DNA from: Balanoglossus misakiensis
Taxonomy: Eukaryota; Animalia; Hemichordata
DNA: 64,000 nt
Assembly: GCA_040954595.2 (NCBI GenBank)
Contig: CM082583.2
Coordinates: 12,250,887 to 12,314,886 of the forward strand
Direction: 5' to 3'
In this document: positions 42,401-55,145 of the stretch, one piece after another
Numbering within the stretch: the stretch's first letter is position 1
Layout: the number at the start of each line of letters is the position of its first letter
Program-made: the position numbers and the translations under genes
The notes under the pieces: model-generated
Database searches by the model: none
What the model was told of the DNA's origin: nothing
Seen by the model: only the letters and a program-made list of their open reading frames with translations

Positions 42401-45400
42401 CATGATGTCTGGCTGGAAGCTAGTTCACACTACCATTCTGCCTGACAGAGACAGTCTATCTGATCCGAAAGAGAGAGTGAAACATATTGGCCTATGAGAT
42501 GGTTTGAATGCAAATATTATAGAGTACAAGATAACCCTGTCTGATTATATTGTTTCCCTGCCAATTGGGTGATATATTGGACCCCGAGTATCAGTTGCAT
42601 CACCAGAACCATCGATATCCTGGTGTTTGTTGATGAAAAAAATCCAACAGTCAACATGCCTTCACCACTCTCTCCACTGCATACATAATACTCGTTCTAA
42701 TTCCCTGTTTTAGAAAAAAAGAGCTCAATAGGCACTGTACATTCTTTCAGAGAACGTAGGGGTGGCCGGTAGTCTGTCGGAGGAGGGTGCCCTATTGTGG
42801 TTTCATAAATTGTGCCGCGGCTTGACACAGACACAGAAGTCGCGCCGGGACAACTTCATTACCGCTGAACCAAGGTCGTGGTTTTTAGACCAGAGCGAAC
42901 AAACCTTCCGCCCTGTTTGGGTGTTGTCTGTGAGGAAGGACTCTACCCCCCGGGCTCCCCTACCCTGTGCTGACAAAAAAATGCAAGCAGGCCCTCGTAC
43001 ACACTGTAAAAGTACACAGAGAAAACATGCAAACGTGACCAGGCTCAAATGAGTGTTTGTCCGAATTAATAGGCCCAACAAAAGTGTTAACTATACAACA
43101 CCACCATAGAAGCTGCAGCCAGTCTCAGTTTGGCCCCAATGGGGTGTGCATTGCAAACGAAATTAGAAGCTGTGGATTATAGTACACTGTGATTTGTAGC
43201 ACTTTGTAAGTGACAGCGTACAGACTCTTGAATGTATGTCAACGTAAGTGCTGATGAAGAGAGGCAGGTAAGTTTTGCCGCCTGAACTTTTTTTTACCCC
43301 AGGAGAGAAAAACCAGGAGCATACCATCTATCAGCAAGTAGTCCACACTTGTCAATATTGTATATACAAAGGCCAGTTCAGTGAGATCTTTTTAGCCAAT
43401 TACCCCAACGTAACCATATGCCTATAGCAACAAATTCAGAAGCGAATGTGTGTGTGGGTCTACCAGAGGAATTGAACTGTTTTTGCCAGTTGCGAGTTTT
43501 CTGATTGTTAGGCTTCAAGTTTGTAGATATTCTGCAGTGCGGTGGAATGTGTGTGTGAAGTGTTTGTGTGTGTGCTGGTCGGTTGGTGACACTGGGTCCT
43601 TTCTCAGTACATGGTGGGTTTTTTCAGATGAAAGGTGATAGGCAATACCCGAATCTTTGTTGTGAGTGTGTGTTGTAGCATGTGTTGCGTGGCAAGGTTT
43701 GTGTTGGTTTGTCTTGTATTGGAAGTGAGAGGTCCTTGGTCAAATTACACTGATCAATTGCTGCTTAATAATAGTCTGTCGCGGGAAGGTTACTTCCAAT
43801 TTTGACCCCCATGCTAATTGGCTCTGACCATAGAGTTCGCTTATTTTCGCGTCGCGCCTGGGTACCGTCGTGTCTTGACGTGTGTGGAACCCCCGATAGG
43901 TGTTTTTCAACCAGCGGCTGTGGCCGAGAACCTTTGGCTTTTTTCTCTCGTTTACGTTCTCCAAAAACCACCACTGCTGCCTCGACACTTATTTTGTTAG
44001 AAAAACGCGACATTGCGGGTGCGGGGTCCAATTGAAAAACAGCGCGAACAAAAGCAAGGTGAAAGAAAGTGGCATGAAAGGGCATTACCAATCTAATCAC
44101 CGCCCAATTGCACCCTTTTAATTTTTCACACTTGCTCCTGTGTTGACTTCTTTTCAGCGGTGTGTGAGCCCTGTAATTAGAAATGCTTTGTATGGCCGTG
44201 TTGTTCGCACCAACCGAACACGGGACGACAATATTACTTCAGCTATTGGCCGTCGCCTTTGTTTATTTCGATATCAAGTCGCAGTATTCGCCGGGAATAC
44301 GATATGTCACTGCCCGGTATGTTTATACCAATGGAATAGCTCCGCCATACCAAACAAGCCGATGTTTTTTAAGAATCTACACTTTTCCAACTTCTCATTA
44401 TTTCTGTCGCGTTGTGTCAACTCAACGTAATCGTCTTTTCGCTGTAGTCAATATCCTGCCGATATCAAATTGATGCCCGTTTTAGCCTGGGTGTAAACTC
44501 CCATTTTCGTGTTCGTCTCCGGTTCGTGACTCGGAACTTGTATAATCATTGCCGTAGTTTACACATAGGCTGTTTTGTTGCATGTGTCACGAATTCGGCC
44601 CCCAGTGCATACAGCAAATCCAGAAACAACGACCGAAATCGACATGTTTTAAATGGGCTCTGAAACGGACATTTGACGGGGGCCGTAATACATTTACAAA
44701 TGCAGTTAGTAAGCGTTCGCGTACATGTCTGCTTTAATAGCGTCCAAAGCTTTGTGTTCATCGGCACTGAAAATCAATTAGGCGAGAAGAGGGTCTTTTC
44801 TGTTAAGAAAAGGGACGTGGTACAAAATGAGACCAAATCTAAAACCGGCTATACTTTCTTCTACTTTGCATTCACCGCAAGTCGCATGTATCGCTCAGAA
44901 TTTGATCGAGTTGCTCGCAAATGAACTCTGAACCTGCGACACCGAAATGAACGCCGGGCCCGAAACGGAGACATCTTTAATGCAATACATTCCAATCCAA
45001 CGCTCCTACTCTTTTATCAACGTCAGAATTCGTCGAACATGCCAACGTGACGCGTCGTCATCGTCATGGTGATAGTCTGCGACTGCTAAACCTTGTTATT
45101 TTATGTCAAAATTGAAAACCCCTTTTTTGTAGAAAATTCACAACTTTTTTTTTCGGGAGCTCAACAAAGGTTTCTAGGAATTGCGATGATGTCGACTAGT
45201 AATTTGCTTCAGTTCTGTCCAACTTTGGTTTTGCTATCGATGTTGTCATCGTCGTTTGTAATATATTGATAAAAAATGGTATATCTCCACATCTCGAAGA
45301 ACAACCACTCCCCGATAAAGAATTCTGCGGCTCGCATACCTCCGCTTACTTAGTTTCCTCACCATTGTTGAAACACTTCTTTCAATGTAATTACAGCCCC

Positions 45401-48400
45401 GGCTCGACTATAGGCATGAGTCGGTGGGAGAAATTAACCCGTTCTAGCAATATTCGCGACTTCGTGGCTAATCCCTTGCCGGCCTGCTTTTCAAACATCG
45501 AATTCCGTGTGAAAATTTCCACCCAGCACGAATGTTTAATACTCTACACGGCGCTTTCTCCCACTTCGCGGCCCTGGCTAATGCGAAAGCATGCACTCTC
45601 CATGCAGCTCTATTTGCTGGCCACTTTACAGGGGGCAACCCTTTGCAATTTATCTGGGACAATAGCCAAAGCTTCTTTTCTCAATCCCCCAGACTTGCAA
45701 GGGGGAATTCACACCGTGCCCTCGACCCTCAGAAAACGGCCATGGGCGGTATTTTCTTCCCGGGGACAGGGGCAACAGATTTGTTAATTGTGACATGTCG
45801 TGAATGTAGGACGACCAGCTGTCAAAACGGGAGGAATCGTTAGTACGTCTTGGAAATGAGACCAGACAGGAATTGCATAGCACGAGTCTCAGTGATATGC
45901 CAGAAATATATATGTAAATGAAATTGCTCTAGCATTTTGTAACCCGAGGTTATGTCGCTATACACGCCGACAACATTTTAATACAATAAGAACTCACGGA
46001 GACATGTTCAATTTGCTGTGTGTATCTTCGCCGTGTCTTTTTGAGAAGGCGAAAATCCGGGTGTCACTTTCGAGGGCCGGGACGGACTTGAAATTCGTGG
46101 GCGGATTGGGGGGGAGACCGGGTGTAGTCTGTTGCAGGAGGGGGCTTTATGGTTGAAAGTGTGAATAAGAGCAAGTAGCCAATCATTGGAAGCAATTGAG
46201 GGCTGGCCCTAATCGCACCAACCGTGAAGACCTACTCAAGTGTGTACGGGTCGAAGGTGGCGGCGTTTTTTTCGTCAATCCGTGCCATTGGGCATTCGGA
46301 CACAGTCGCGCATTCCTTGGAGGGAATGAGCGGTGCCTTATTGCTTGTTTCAATCTCATGATGATTCAATAATGTGGACGTCTTGAAGACGCGCGGTGCA
46401 AAGTGTTGAGTTCACCCAGACTGTGTGTTAGAGGGAGGGACATGTTTTATTTTTGCTTACGGTGAGAATTGCACGAGAATGCACCTTACACATACAGATT
46501 CCAAGGACATTATTGCATAGACACACGCTAGCACATTCAAAGCTAGCACCAGCTCCCTTGAAGTGGCGATGCATGGTCCTCTCAGTCCTGCCATGAAGTC
46601 TCAGTCTTTGAAGGAATTTCATAAACGAACGCCTTGACGCCCATGATTACGAGCAATCATCGCTGATCATTACATCGATTATGTTCACCTTGGTTAAAGA
46701 AAAAAATACCTCTACCTTACATTGCAATTAACCAAGTCCCGGTCAGAATGTGTGCTTTCATTGTGGGCGGCCTCAAAGGAACTTCTTTCGTGCCTTTTCA
46801 CTTTTTTTAAGCAATCTCGAATACGAACTGTCTTTGAATGTGCGGCCATTGTTTGCCAAACTATAGGAACTGCGAGAAATGGTTTGCAGATGTGGCTCGA
46901 AGTACCCTCTTCAAGTAGCGTGGGTCACCCTGGTAGCCACTTACAGACTCAAAGACTTCTACCTATCTTTTCTTCGTCTTTGAAAAGACCCGGGTTTAAT
47001 TTGAAGATTTGGTGTGGGAAAATGTTCCTGCGGGGAGTGCTTGTTTTTTGGTCTTCTCATCGAAGAATTGGCATGAATCGCGAAGTGAACCACTTCAGAC
47101 GGCTCACGTCCAGGTGGCCATTACATGATTCCCCACCCTTGGAGAGGGAGAGAGGAAAAAAAAGAATCTTTTTTTTTCGGGGGACGGTGTAGTGGTGTCT
47201 AAAAAACTTCCCACGCCTTGGTGAAAATTTCGGCGACCGCTGAGACTCGCACACAAGTTATTGCTTTGGTGCCCGAGTAGAGCCATATCTCTCGTTTCGT
47301 CACGTTTTAGTGGACTTACGAGCGCCTCTCTGCGAAATTAATTTGTCGGGAGATGCGTGGAATTCGGCAGCTCCGGCACGTTCGGTGCAGATGGTATTCA
47401 TTGAATCGGCCAAGCTGTCTCTATCAGGGCAAACAACGTGCACTTTCCGGTGTGTATACATTTCATGGTGTGAATGCGAAGGCATAAATAAACACGGCCA
47501 GATACTGCAATTTTGTTGTCCCTTCAGAAAGTGCCCCGGCTAATATTTTGTGACAGAAGCTCTTCCCCACCCTATTTGCATTTTAATCGCGGTAATTGTT
47601 TGCTGCTAAAAGGCCCGCTCATTTGCGGCTTTGTTTTGGGTGCGTGTGTAAATGTTAGCCGGGGTCGCTGAGCCAATCGATCTTACCCAGACTGTGGGTG
47701 ACAGTTGCAATTCATCTCACAGCTAACACACCAATAGTTGAATTATAATTAAAATGTTGGCTGACAAAGGGGGCTCTGTATAATCGCGCTGACTTGTTAA
47801 CAAATCGCCTTCCACTCGTGCTGGCCAACATTTCTCGCCTCAACCAATAAGTGTATGTTTTGCAGTGTCCCATAAAAAGTCTTTTACTGGAAACCGTGTG
47901 GCTATTTCATACGAGCAGATGCGCGTGCTCAAATTTCTCAGAAGTTGACTGTTTTTGGTCAGTGGGTAATTTGTGTGAAACGTGTAAAGACGTCGAAAAT
48001 GTGTTCCGATTTTGTTTGTCGCACCGTTTTATTTGCTCGAAAAGATGTGCGGTGATCAATACAGACCAACTGAGCCATTGTTTTGACACTGTTTTCTCAA
48101 CTATTCATGTTGTCAGAGCTGGCCTCTCTAAAGACCCTATCCGCATTGGCTGGTTGAGGTTACCTCATCCGGAGTGTGGAAAATAGCGTTATGTACAGAG
48201 TTTAGGATAAATCCTGTATGATTGGCACCTGAATGGCCTGGAAGTGTTGCCGAACTATAGGGGTTTCGTGTGTTATTTAGGTTCGGGTTTACAAAAGGCG
48301 GTTTTACAAGTTGATTGCGCTGTCAACATAGCAGCCAATAGAAGACAGGCGAACGATGTTTATTTGCAATTGGATGTGACAGGGCCGTGGCTCCCCTGCG

Positions 48401-48782
48401 CACAACTGGATCGGGTCATAGCTGGGGGGCGGAGTGACTGCCTCGCAGTGGTGTGCGTCTTGCTTTTTTGAATTCTCACTATTTTCATTTCAAATGTGAC
48501 CTGCCTATTTTTTTCTCCTACTGTGCATTGCCGAACGATAAGATATCGCGCTTACGGCGTCCGAAGGTGTGAAAACGGCCACTGGTAGCCGTGACCAGTG
48601 TTCGCATATTTGGATATCTTGGGCGTGGCCTGGTGGGTGGCTGTGCGCGAATCCGCAACGCCATTGAACAGCGGGGATTTGACTGACAACTGACTGCGCC
48701 ATTCTGTTTTTTCCATACCCACAGAGCATATCGTGCAGCCACAGCGAGTGAGTTTCCGTCAGCCCGTACTGCATGGAAGGGT

Positions 48783-48870
48783 ATGGGGAGAAGGCGTTTT
48801 TGCAGCTCGGCTGTTCGCCCATCACAAATCTTACTTCAGCTTGCAATTCTAGCGACACTTACTAACACAG
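48783..48870 (+). CDS. RGM: RGM gene, signal-peptide exon (MGRRRFCSSAVRPSQILLQLAILATLTNT-A). The exon itself likely starts at acceptor 48725 and may be extended N-terminally.
   Basis: ATG at 48783 sits in the context A-W-K-G-M-G-R, resembling vertebrate RGMA 'AGWMGMGRG' and RGMB 'AWTGMG'. A hydrophobic stretch follows. The donor CAG|GTAAGT at 48870/48871 is phase 1 and joins in frame to 49131. An upstream acceptor ttttttccatacccacag ends at 48724. Confidence 0.85.
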
Positions 48871-49130
48871 GTAAGTGGTGTTTTGACCGCTTTTTAAAAA
48901 AGGACGTGTGTATCCAGACCAGCGGAGACACCGCACTCTATTTATAATGCTAATCATTAACAGGTTAGAAATAGCGTACTGTATGGGGCCACCATGTTGA
49001 CTGACTTGACGAACCAAACCCCACGACTTTTGAAAGTTTGCGATCAGCGTTCTGTCTCTCTCGACGCGACGTCATCGCCCCGACTATCGCACATTCTAAC
49101 CGTTCTGTATTCTTACTTTTGTCCCCACAG

Positions 49131-49615
49131 CGAATTCCGAGTGTAGGGTACTAAAGTGTTCGAAAAACTACTCCGACAGCGTGGAAAGCACTCAAATCTC
49201 AACGGCGGAACATTGCGCAGCTTTGCGGATATACAGGGACTGTGCCCAGGAAACGGCTCGCGCCTGTCGCGGGGATCTGAACTACCACTCTGTGATCACA
49301 CTCATCCCGGACTTAATGCTGAGGCATAACTGCTCTCACCAGCCAGCCCCGACTCCAAGCACGGACGGCAAACCGCCGGCCAGGCCCGTGGAACCCGCTC
49401 GGCCAGTGGAAAACACTCAGTGTTCTTCATACAATGGCCGCCGAGCTTATAAACATTGTGGCCTGTTTGGCGACCCCCATTTGAGAACGTTTGATGACCG
49501 CTTCGAGACGTGCAAAGTTCAGGGTGCTTGGCCCCTTATAGACAATGATTTTATAGCCGTACAAGTAACTAATGTGCCTTTAGTGGAAGGTTCTAGTGCA
49601 ACAGCGACAGACAAG
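49131..49615 (+). CDS. RGM: RGM gene, N-terminal domain exon (ECRVLKC...CRGDLNYHS...HCGLFGDPHLRTF...ATATDK)
   Basis: The acceptor ttttgtccccacag ends at 49130, with branch-like TTCTAAC at ~49094. The donor is AAG|GTGAGT at 49615/49616. The 485 nt exon closes to phase 0. It contains the RGM hallmarks RGD (49268-49276), GDPH (49469-49480) and CKVQGAWPLIDN. Confidence 0.97.
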
Positions 49616-50196
49616 GTGAGTGTTGTCGATTTCACGTTATCTGTGACATTAGTCTGTTACAATTAAAAGTCTATGGCCATTAATGACACATTGCGACATT
49701 TTGACACCTCCGTTCGTGCGTATGGCCTGGGCGACGTAACACCCACACGCCGGTATTTCTGCTATATTTAAAATAACATCATAATGTATTTCGCATTTAC
49801 CTGTTATGTGGAGTTTTTTTAGCAAACATGACTAGCTTGATTTAGTAGAGTTTGTGCGGTCGTTTTTTATTTGCATTGGTCGGGGTTTGTCTAAGCAATT
49901 GCCGCGACAAATATGTGATGAAGTTGTTGGACTGTTCCGCCGCGCGTTGACGTGTTGTGAATTGCTAGTGTGAAAGTTGTTGGGCGATTTGAGCTAACCG
50001 ATCATTTCTGTACACACGACCATCGAGTTAGTAAGTTGTTTTGCTGATCGGCGATTTTGACTTGCGACAGTTGAGTCCGTTTTTGTCTCGACACATTTAT
50101 TGTGAGGGAACGTTTACTTGAAATGTACATAATGGGTTGACTAATTGCGTATGTAGATTGCTCGTTTATGCCTTTGTTTTGTTTTGGCCCTTTCAG

Positions 50197-50919
50197 CTGA
50201 CCGTCGTTATCAAGGGACATTCCGAGTGTGTGGAACAAAAACTGTACCAGGCGCAAACGGGAAATTTACCGGCGGCGTTTGTGGACGGGACGAGTCGGAG
50301 CGGCCCCGGCAGGAGTCTGCGGATCTCCGAGGTGGTGCCGGGCGAGCACGTGGAAATACACGCCAAGTACATTGCTACAAAAATTGTGGTGCGCCAAGTT
50401 GGACGCTATCTGACGTTCGCGATACGCATGCCGAGTGATATTGTGTACACGGGTAAAAAAGACGGGCTTGAACTTTGTGTCAAAGGGTGTCCGAGCCGAG
50501 AGAGGATGGACTTCAGGGATTCGCTCCCCATGCCGCCAGACCAGGTCCGGGATACCATCAGTGGCAATCAAATGTCCACGGAAATCGCGTTTGCCAAATG
50601 CTCGGAGAAAGGCTTGACGGATTTCTACTTCGACTCGTGTGTGTTCGATCTGATCACTACGGGTGATGACAATTTTACGCTGGCTGCCTTGAACGCTCTC
50701 AATGACTTCCGGAGCCTGCGTCCCAACGCCAGTATACAGCCACCGAACAAACCTAGCCCTTGGCTTCCGCGAGGAATATTGCCCAATGCTACTGAGGAGA
50801 CAATGTACAATAGGGCACCCCCAAGGACTACAAATTCCTGGACGCTAGCCGTTTATATTTTATTAGTTCACTGTACAATTTTATTAACCAATTGGAGGAC
50901 AAATCTTTTTGTAGCATAA
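50197..50919 (+). CDS. RGM: RGM gene, last coding exon (vWF-D-like/C-terminal domain and GPI-type hydrophobic tail)
   Basis: The acceptor ttttggccctttcag ends at 50196, phase 0. The translation includes LTVVIKGHSECVEQKLYQA...LPAAFVDG...HVEIHAKYIATKIVVRQVGRYLTFAIRMP...LELCVKGCP...DFYFDSCVFDLITTGDDNFT, which are RGM-family motifs. The C-terminus has WTLAVYILLVHCTILL, and the TAA stop ends at 50919. Confidence 0.97.
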   Translation: MTVVIKGHSECVEQKLYQAQTGNLPAAFVDGTSRSGPGRSLRISEVVPGEHVEIHAKYIATKIVVRQVGRYLTFAIRMPSDIVYTGKKDGLELCVKGCPSRERMDFRDSLPMPPDQVRDTISGNQMSTEIAFAKCSEKGLTDFYFDSCVFDLITTGDDNFTLAALNALNDFRSLRPNASIQPPNKPSPWLPRGILPNATEETMYNRAPPRTTNSWTLAVYILLVHCTILLTNWRTNLFVA

Positions 50920-51437
50920 CTAATATAATGATAATATATATTGCAGAAAATATACCTATATATACATAAACACACCGAACTCGTACAGACGTTGGCAGAC
51001 CTGATGTATATATGATGGGATACACAACACTCGATGTGGTAGAGGTGCCTGGCACTCCACAAAGCATTGATATTTCAGTAGGGTTAGTGACTTACCACAG
51101 CCAGGCAGTTTGTACAGATCAAAACACTATTCTCAATAATTTATATTGAATGACCCCCAGCTGGGTCGATTTCAGGAGATTTTTTACTAAAGACGAAATG
51201 TTTTAGCCAGCGAGAGAGAGAAGACGAAACAACCCCTTCCCTGCCAAGACTGACCCCGATACTAAATTAGGCATAGCCTCTTTGTAAGAGGCACTTTGTT
51301 AACTAAATTGCCCCCCCCCCCCCGTCCGTATTGTTGTAAGTAGGCCAGAGACTCATCACCAGACACAAATACAAGTTTTACTTAACACAAACTCAGAGAG
51401 GAAGAGGAAAAATCAAATTTAGAGATGTACATTTTAA

Positions 51438-51590
51438 AATAAATATTTTAGCAAAAAAGGACGTAAGATATTTGCCGAAAATATTACAGATTTATTCTAC
51501 CGACCCCAGTGTAAAATAAAACCTAAAAAAGGGTTGTTTTGTTCCCATGTAATTTGATGAGCCGTCTCCGTTGTGTGTGTGTGTGTGCTT
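51438..51590 (+). terminator. Probable RGM polyadenylation region
   Basis: AATAAA occurs at 51438-51443 and 51515-51520, followed by GT/T-rich downstream elements (gggttgttttgtt and the (GT)n run at ~51572-51587). Confidence 0.5.
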
Positions 51591-54500
51591 GTGACCTTTG
51601 GCAAGATCAGCCAGTGTGTAGTACGTAAATATAACTGCCAATAGGGCTGTTGAATGCTTGTAAGCTTTTATGCGTTAAAACTTTAACGGCCACTTACTGC
51701 CGGCCCTAGACGACAAAGTTGACTGTTTTGAGCAGCCACTGGTAAATCTCAACTTGTCCCCTTTTTTGGAGAAGGACGCAAAAGAGGGGAGTGTACACAC
51801 AAACACATATTAGTATGATGGTGGTAGGTGTTGACAGCTGCGCGGATTAATTCGTGGGTAATCAGTGTTATATGCTGGGGTTATCAGACGTGACAGTATT
51901 GTAACCAGAGCTGATATGGGAAGACCTTTCACGGTGGGCCGTTCCATTTTGCCGCTTTGGCAAACACTGAAACGTGCCTCGGTCGGTGCTAGTATAGAGT
52001 GTTGTAATACTCGAACGCCATTTCTCCGCACTTGGTCTTTGTAGGGAAGAAAATACTTCCATCTTTTCGTATGTAAATTCTGCTGGGGGCCTTTAGGGTT
52101 TAAGAAGACAGCGAAGAAAACTTGCTCGCCTCTTTGGGCGAGTAAGGCGATCCAGTGGCGGCCGTTTAAAGTACTCCAAACCCCGGGTACCGTAAATTTG
52201 GAAGGACGCTCACCAAGGACTAATCGCGCGAATAGACTAAAGGGACCTCCGCTATTCAATGAACAGTCAGAAGTGTTGAGAAAGTGTGCCCGACAACTTC
52301 GGACGACACTCTGAATTCCCAAAGGTTCGCCTCATCTAAATATTCCTTAGAAATGCAACCCGCCCTAGGGAGCAGTGAACTAGCTTCATCTGAGACAATA
52401 TACAACCGAACGCCCGTGGTGTGCATGCATTAATTAGTCAAATAAAAATAACAATGGAGGCTTTTGGAGGGCGCGAAATCGCCCCAGTTACTCTGGTTTG
52501 CTCAACGGTACAAAAGAACTGGCCTGGAATGTATTAAGAAAATGTCGAGCCCGAGTGACATAAAAGAGGGCCTATGTCGGTGGGTATGAGCCGCTCGAGG
52601 CAATGTCACACGTTGGGTTTTGGTATATTTGAGTAGGTGCGACAACAGTGCCAGGTGCGATGCAGGTGTGAATCGAACACACACATGTGTACACAAATAT
52701 ATTGCTCGTATTTATTGACATTCCTGGCCATCCGATGATTGAATGACCGCCGTCTCCTAGCAACGGGGAACAATCCGATTGTTGTGCTGTTGTAATTAGT
52801 AATAAAAGTCAATCATATTGTTTTTCGCGCCGCCCTCCGATGACTCGCAATGGGTGGCTCGGTACCAAGTTCTTGTGCAAATACGTGCTAATTAACAAAG
52901 GCGGAGTTTTTGACGCCTTGATGATGAGGTGTGAAAAGGGGCATATTTTCGACCATAATCAACTTGTTTGCTCGGACTCGTAGCAAATAGGTTCTTCTCA
53001 CATCGTGACTGTTCGCACCATCCAAATGACGCAGCGGTCGCAATGCCCAGTATCTGAACTTCAGGTGTGAAATTTTCCAAGCCCGGACCGGTGAGAACGA
53101 TCTGGTTTTATCAAAATATCGAACTTTTAAGGATGCGTGCTTTCTTGGCGATATAAAAAAATTATCTAAGATCTACACTTGAGTGGAAAACTATATGTTA
53201 GTGAATAAATCGGAGATTTCAAATTATATCTGTTCAGCATGATTGTGTGAAAATTTACTTGGAATTTCGTGCATCCGTTTTCAATTGCACTATATATAAT
53301 TGAAGACAGTAAATGATTAAATACTCAAATGGGACAATTCTTTTCCATAGGTAACAGGCTTTCGGTGTCTCGCGCATTGTTGGAGGGTCTGTAGACCGTT
53401 CAATTAAAAAAGGCGATTTTTTATGGGGAAAAAATTTATTTCGGAATTTTGAAGGAAATACCCATGAGAACCCCTGAGCTACTTCCTTAAGTGATATTTG
53501 GCTGATAGCAAACAAGTCGCGTTTTACGACACATCGAACTCACCTTTCCGCGAAAGTTCAACAGGTAACCAAAATAAAGGCGTAAAATTGTAAATCACGA
53601 TACTGTACTTGTTGACAACCCTCTCGCAGGTAGCTATAGTTTTGAATTCAGGGCATTACTACATCCGGGAACCGTGAAGTTCCCCTCGTAATTTCTGGAC
53701 GCTCAAAATGCTAAGTTCTCAAAGGGTTTGTAAGGCTAAATGTTCAACAATACGTTGTCCATTAATATTGAATAAAGACACATTTTATTTTACAATCCCA
53801 GTATCGGAGAGCAGCAAAGAACAGAACAGTGGGAAAGTAGAAACGTCCCTAGTTAAAAATAAATATAACTCCTGAAAACAAACATTCAATCTCCTCCAGA
53901 CAATGGATAGAACGTATTGGTGGTGCATATTTTAATTGGAGATAATGAAGGATGTTAGATGCAAGGAGATTTTTCAGTAGGGTAGACCCCCCCCCCCCCC
54001 CCCCCCCCGCTTACCATCACCGTGCGATAAATTGTACCGAATCAATAAAACAATCACATTTATCCGTACGACCTTACGCGGTAATATACTGTAAATATCA
54101 AGTCACCCTATTAAATTATCTTAACAAAAGGTTTAAATTTACAGCTGGCGGGATTGCGACCTCTCGGTTGACGAAAACAACGATAAAAGCGTAGACTCTA
54201 TCGAGCTAACGATGTTTTTCGCGCCTTTACAAAAGCGGGGGGATTTGTTACCCGGCTAGGGTCAACAGTATTCACACCTCAGACGTGCAAATGGAACCGC
54301 TTGACCGACGTTACTAAATTATTTGCCCCTGCCGACAAAGGAGCAAGGCAACAGTGCTTCGGTTGTAGTTTGGGAGAGGCGGGCAGGAGGAATTAAACTT
54401 GCCTGTCACGCGATCTTGACGCTGAACTAAAATCGTGACATTGCATTCGGATTGGAAGTTCACATATCCCTTTTGTTATTCCCGTGTATAGCAGAACGTG

Positions 54501-55145
54501 TTTTTACAAGTCGTGGGTTTCCGCGCGAGCATTTTATCAGTTCTCTAAAAAAAGGTACAAATGAAGAAATGCACAGGCTGATGACATTCATGCCAAAAAT
54601 ATCAAACATTGGAAATAGGGGGGGGGGACAAGGCACGACGCAAAATTCCATCAGCTGTGCTACCTACAGAAATATCATCAGTAGACATCATATATTGTTA
54701 TTTTTGATAAATAAAAATTATATGATCCAATTATTTCCAAAGTGACTTCATAGCTTATAAATGAACATGTTCACAATAGCTACAGAAAGTGTGCTGTCGA
54801 GACGCTGGTGGCTTGAAGAGAAATGAAGGTAAGTTGGTTTCTTAAACTTTTGATGGCGCGATATTTCGTTGTCAATTTTGAACCGTTAGAATCTTACGTT
54901 CCGACGATGCATGCATTTTGCCAGTTATTTTAAAATCCCCAAGCCCCACTACTTTTCAATTCACTTCAATACAACACAATTCAATTAATATTCAAAAAGA
55001 CTTATGATGTGAACAGTGAAAAAAATTAAAAGTCACAATACTATCGGATCAATGTGCAGAACGTAAAAACAACGCGTGCATTTTTGACAATCTATTTTGA
55101 TCTATGTTACGAAAGAGATTGATGAGTTCATGTAAACAAATTTAG

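Noticed and set aside
683-48500. Many 60-170 aa ORFs in the six-frame track
   Set aside because: None shows recognisable domains. Composition is typical of random non-coding translation, many have non-ATG starts, and there are no transposase or RT motifs.
49181-49666. ORF-track boundaries for RGM (49181-49666 and 50137-50919)
   Set aside because: They use GTG/TTG starts and read into introns; splice-site-based exon coordinates are given instead.
51810-52322. 170-aa minus-strand ORF downstream of RGM
   Set aside because: No recognisable motif or supporting splice structure.
54815-54835. Orphan donor ATGAAG|GTAAGT downstream of RGM
   Set aside because: No partner exon or ORF is visible before the tRNAs and satellite.
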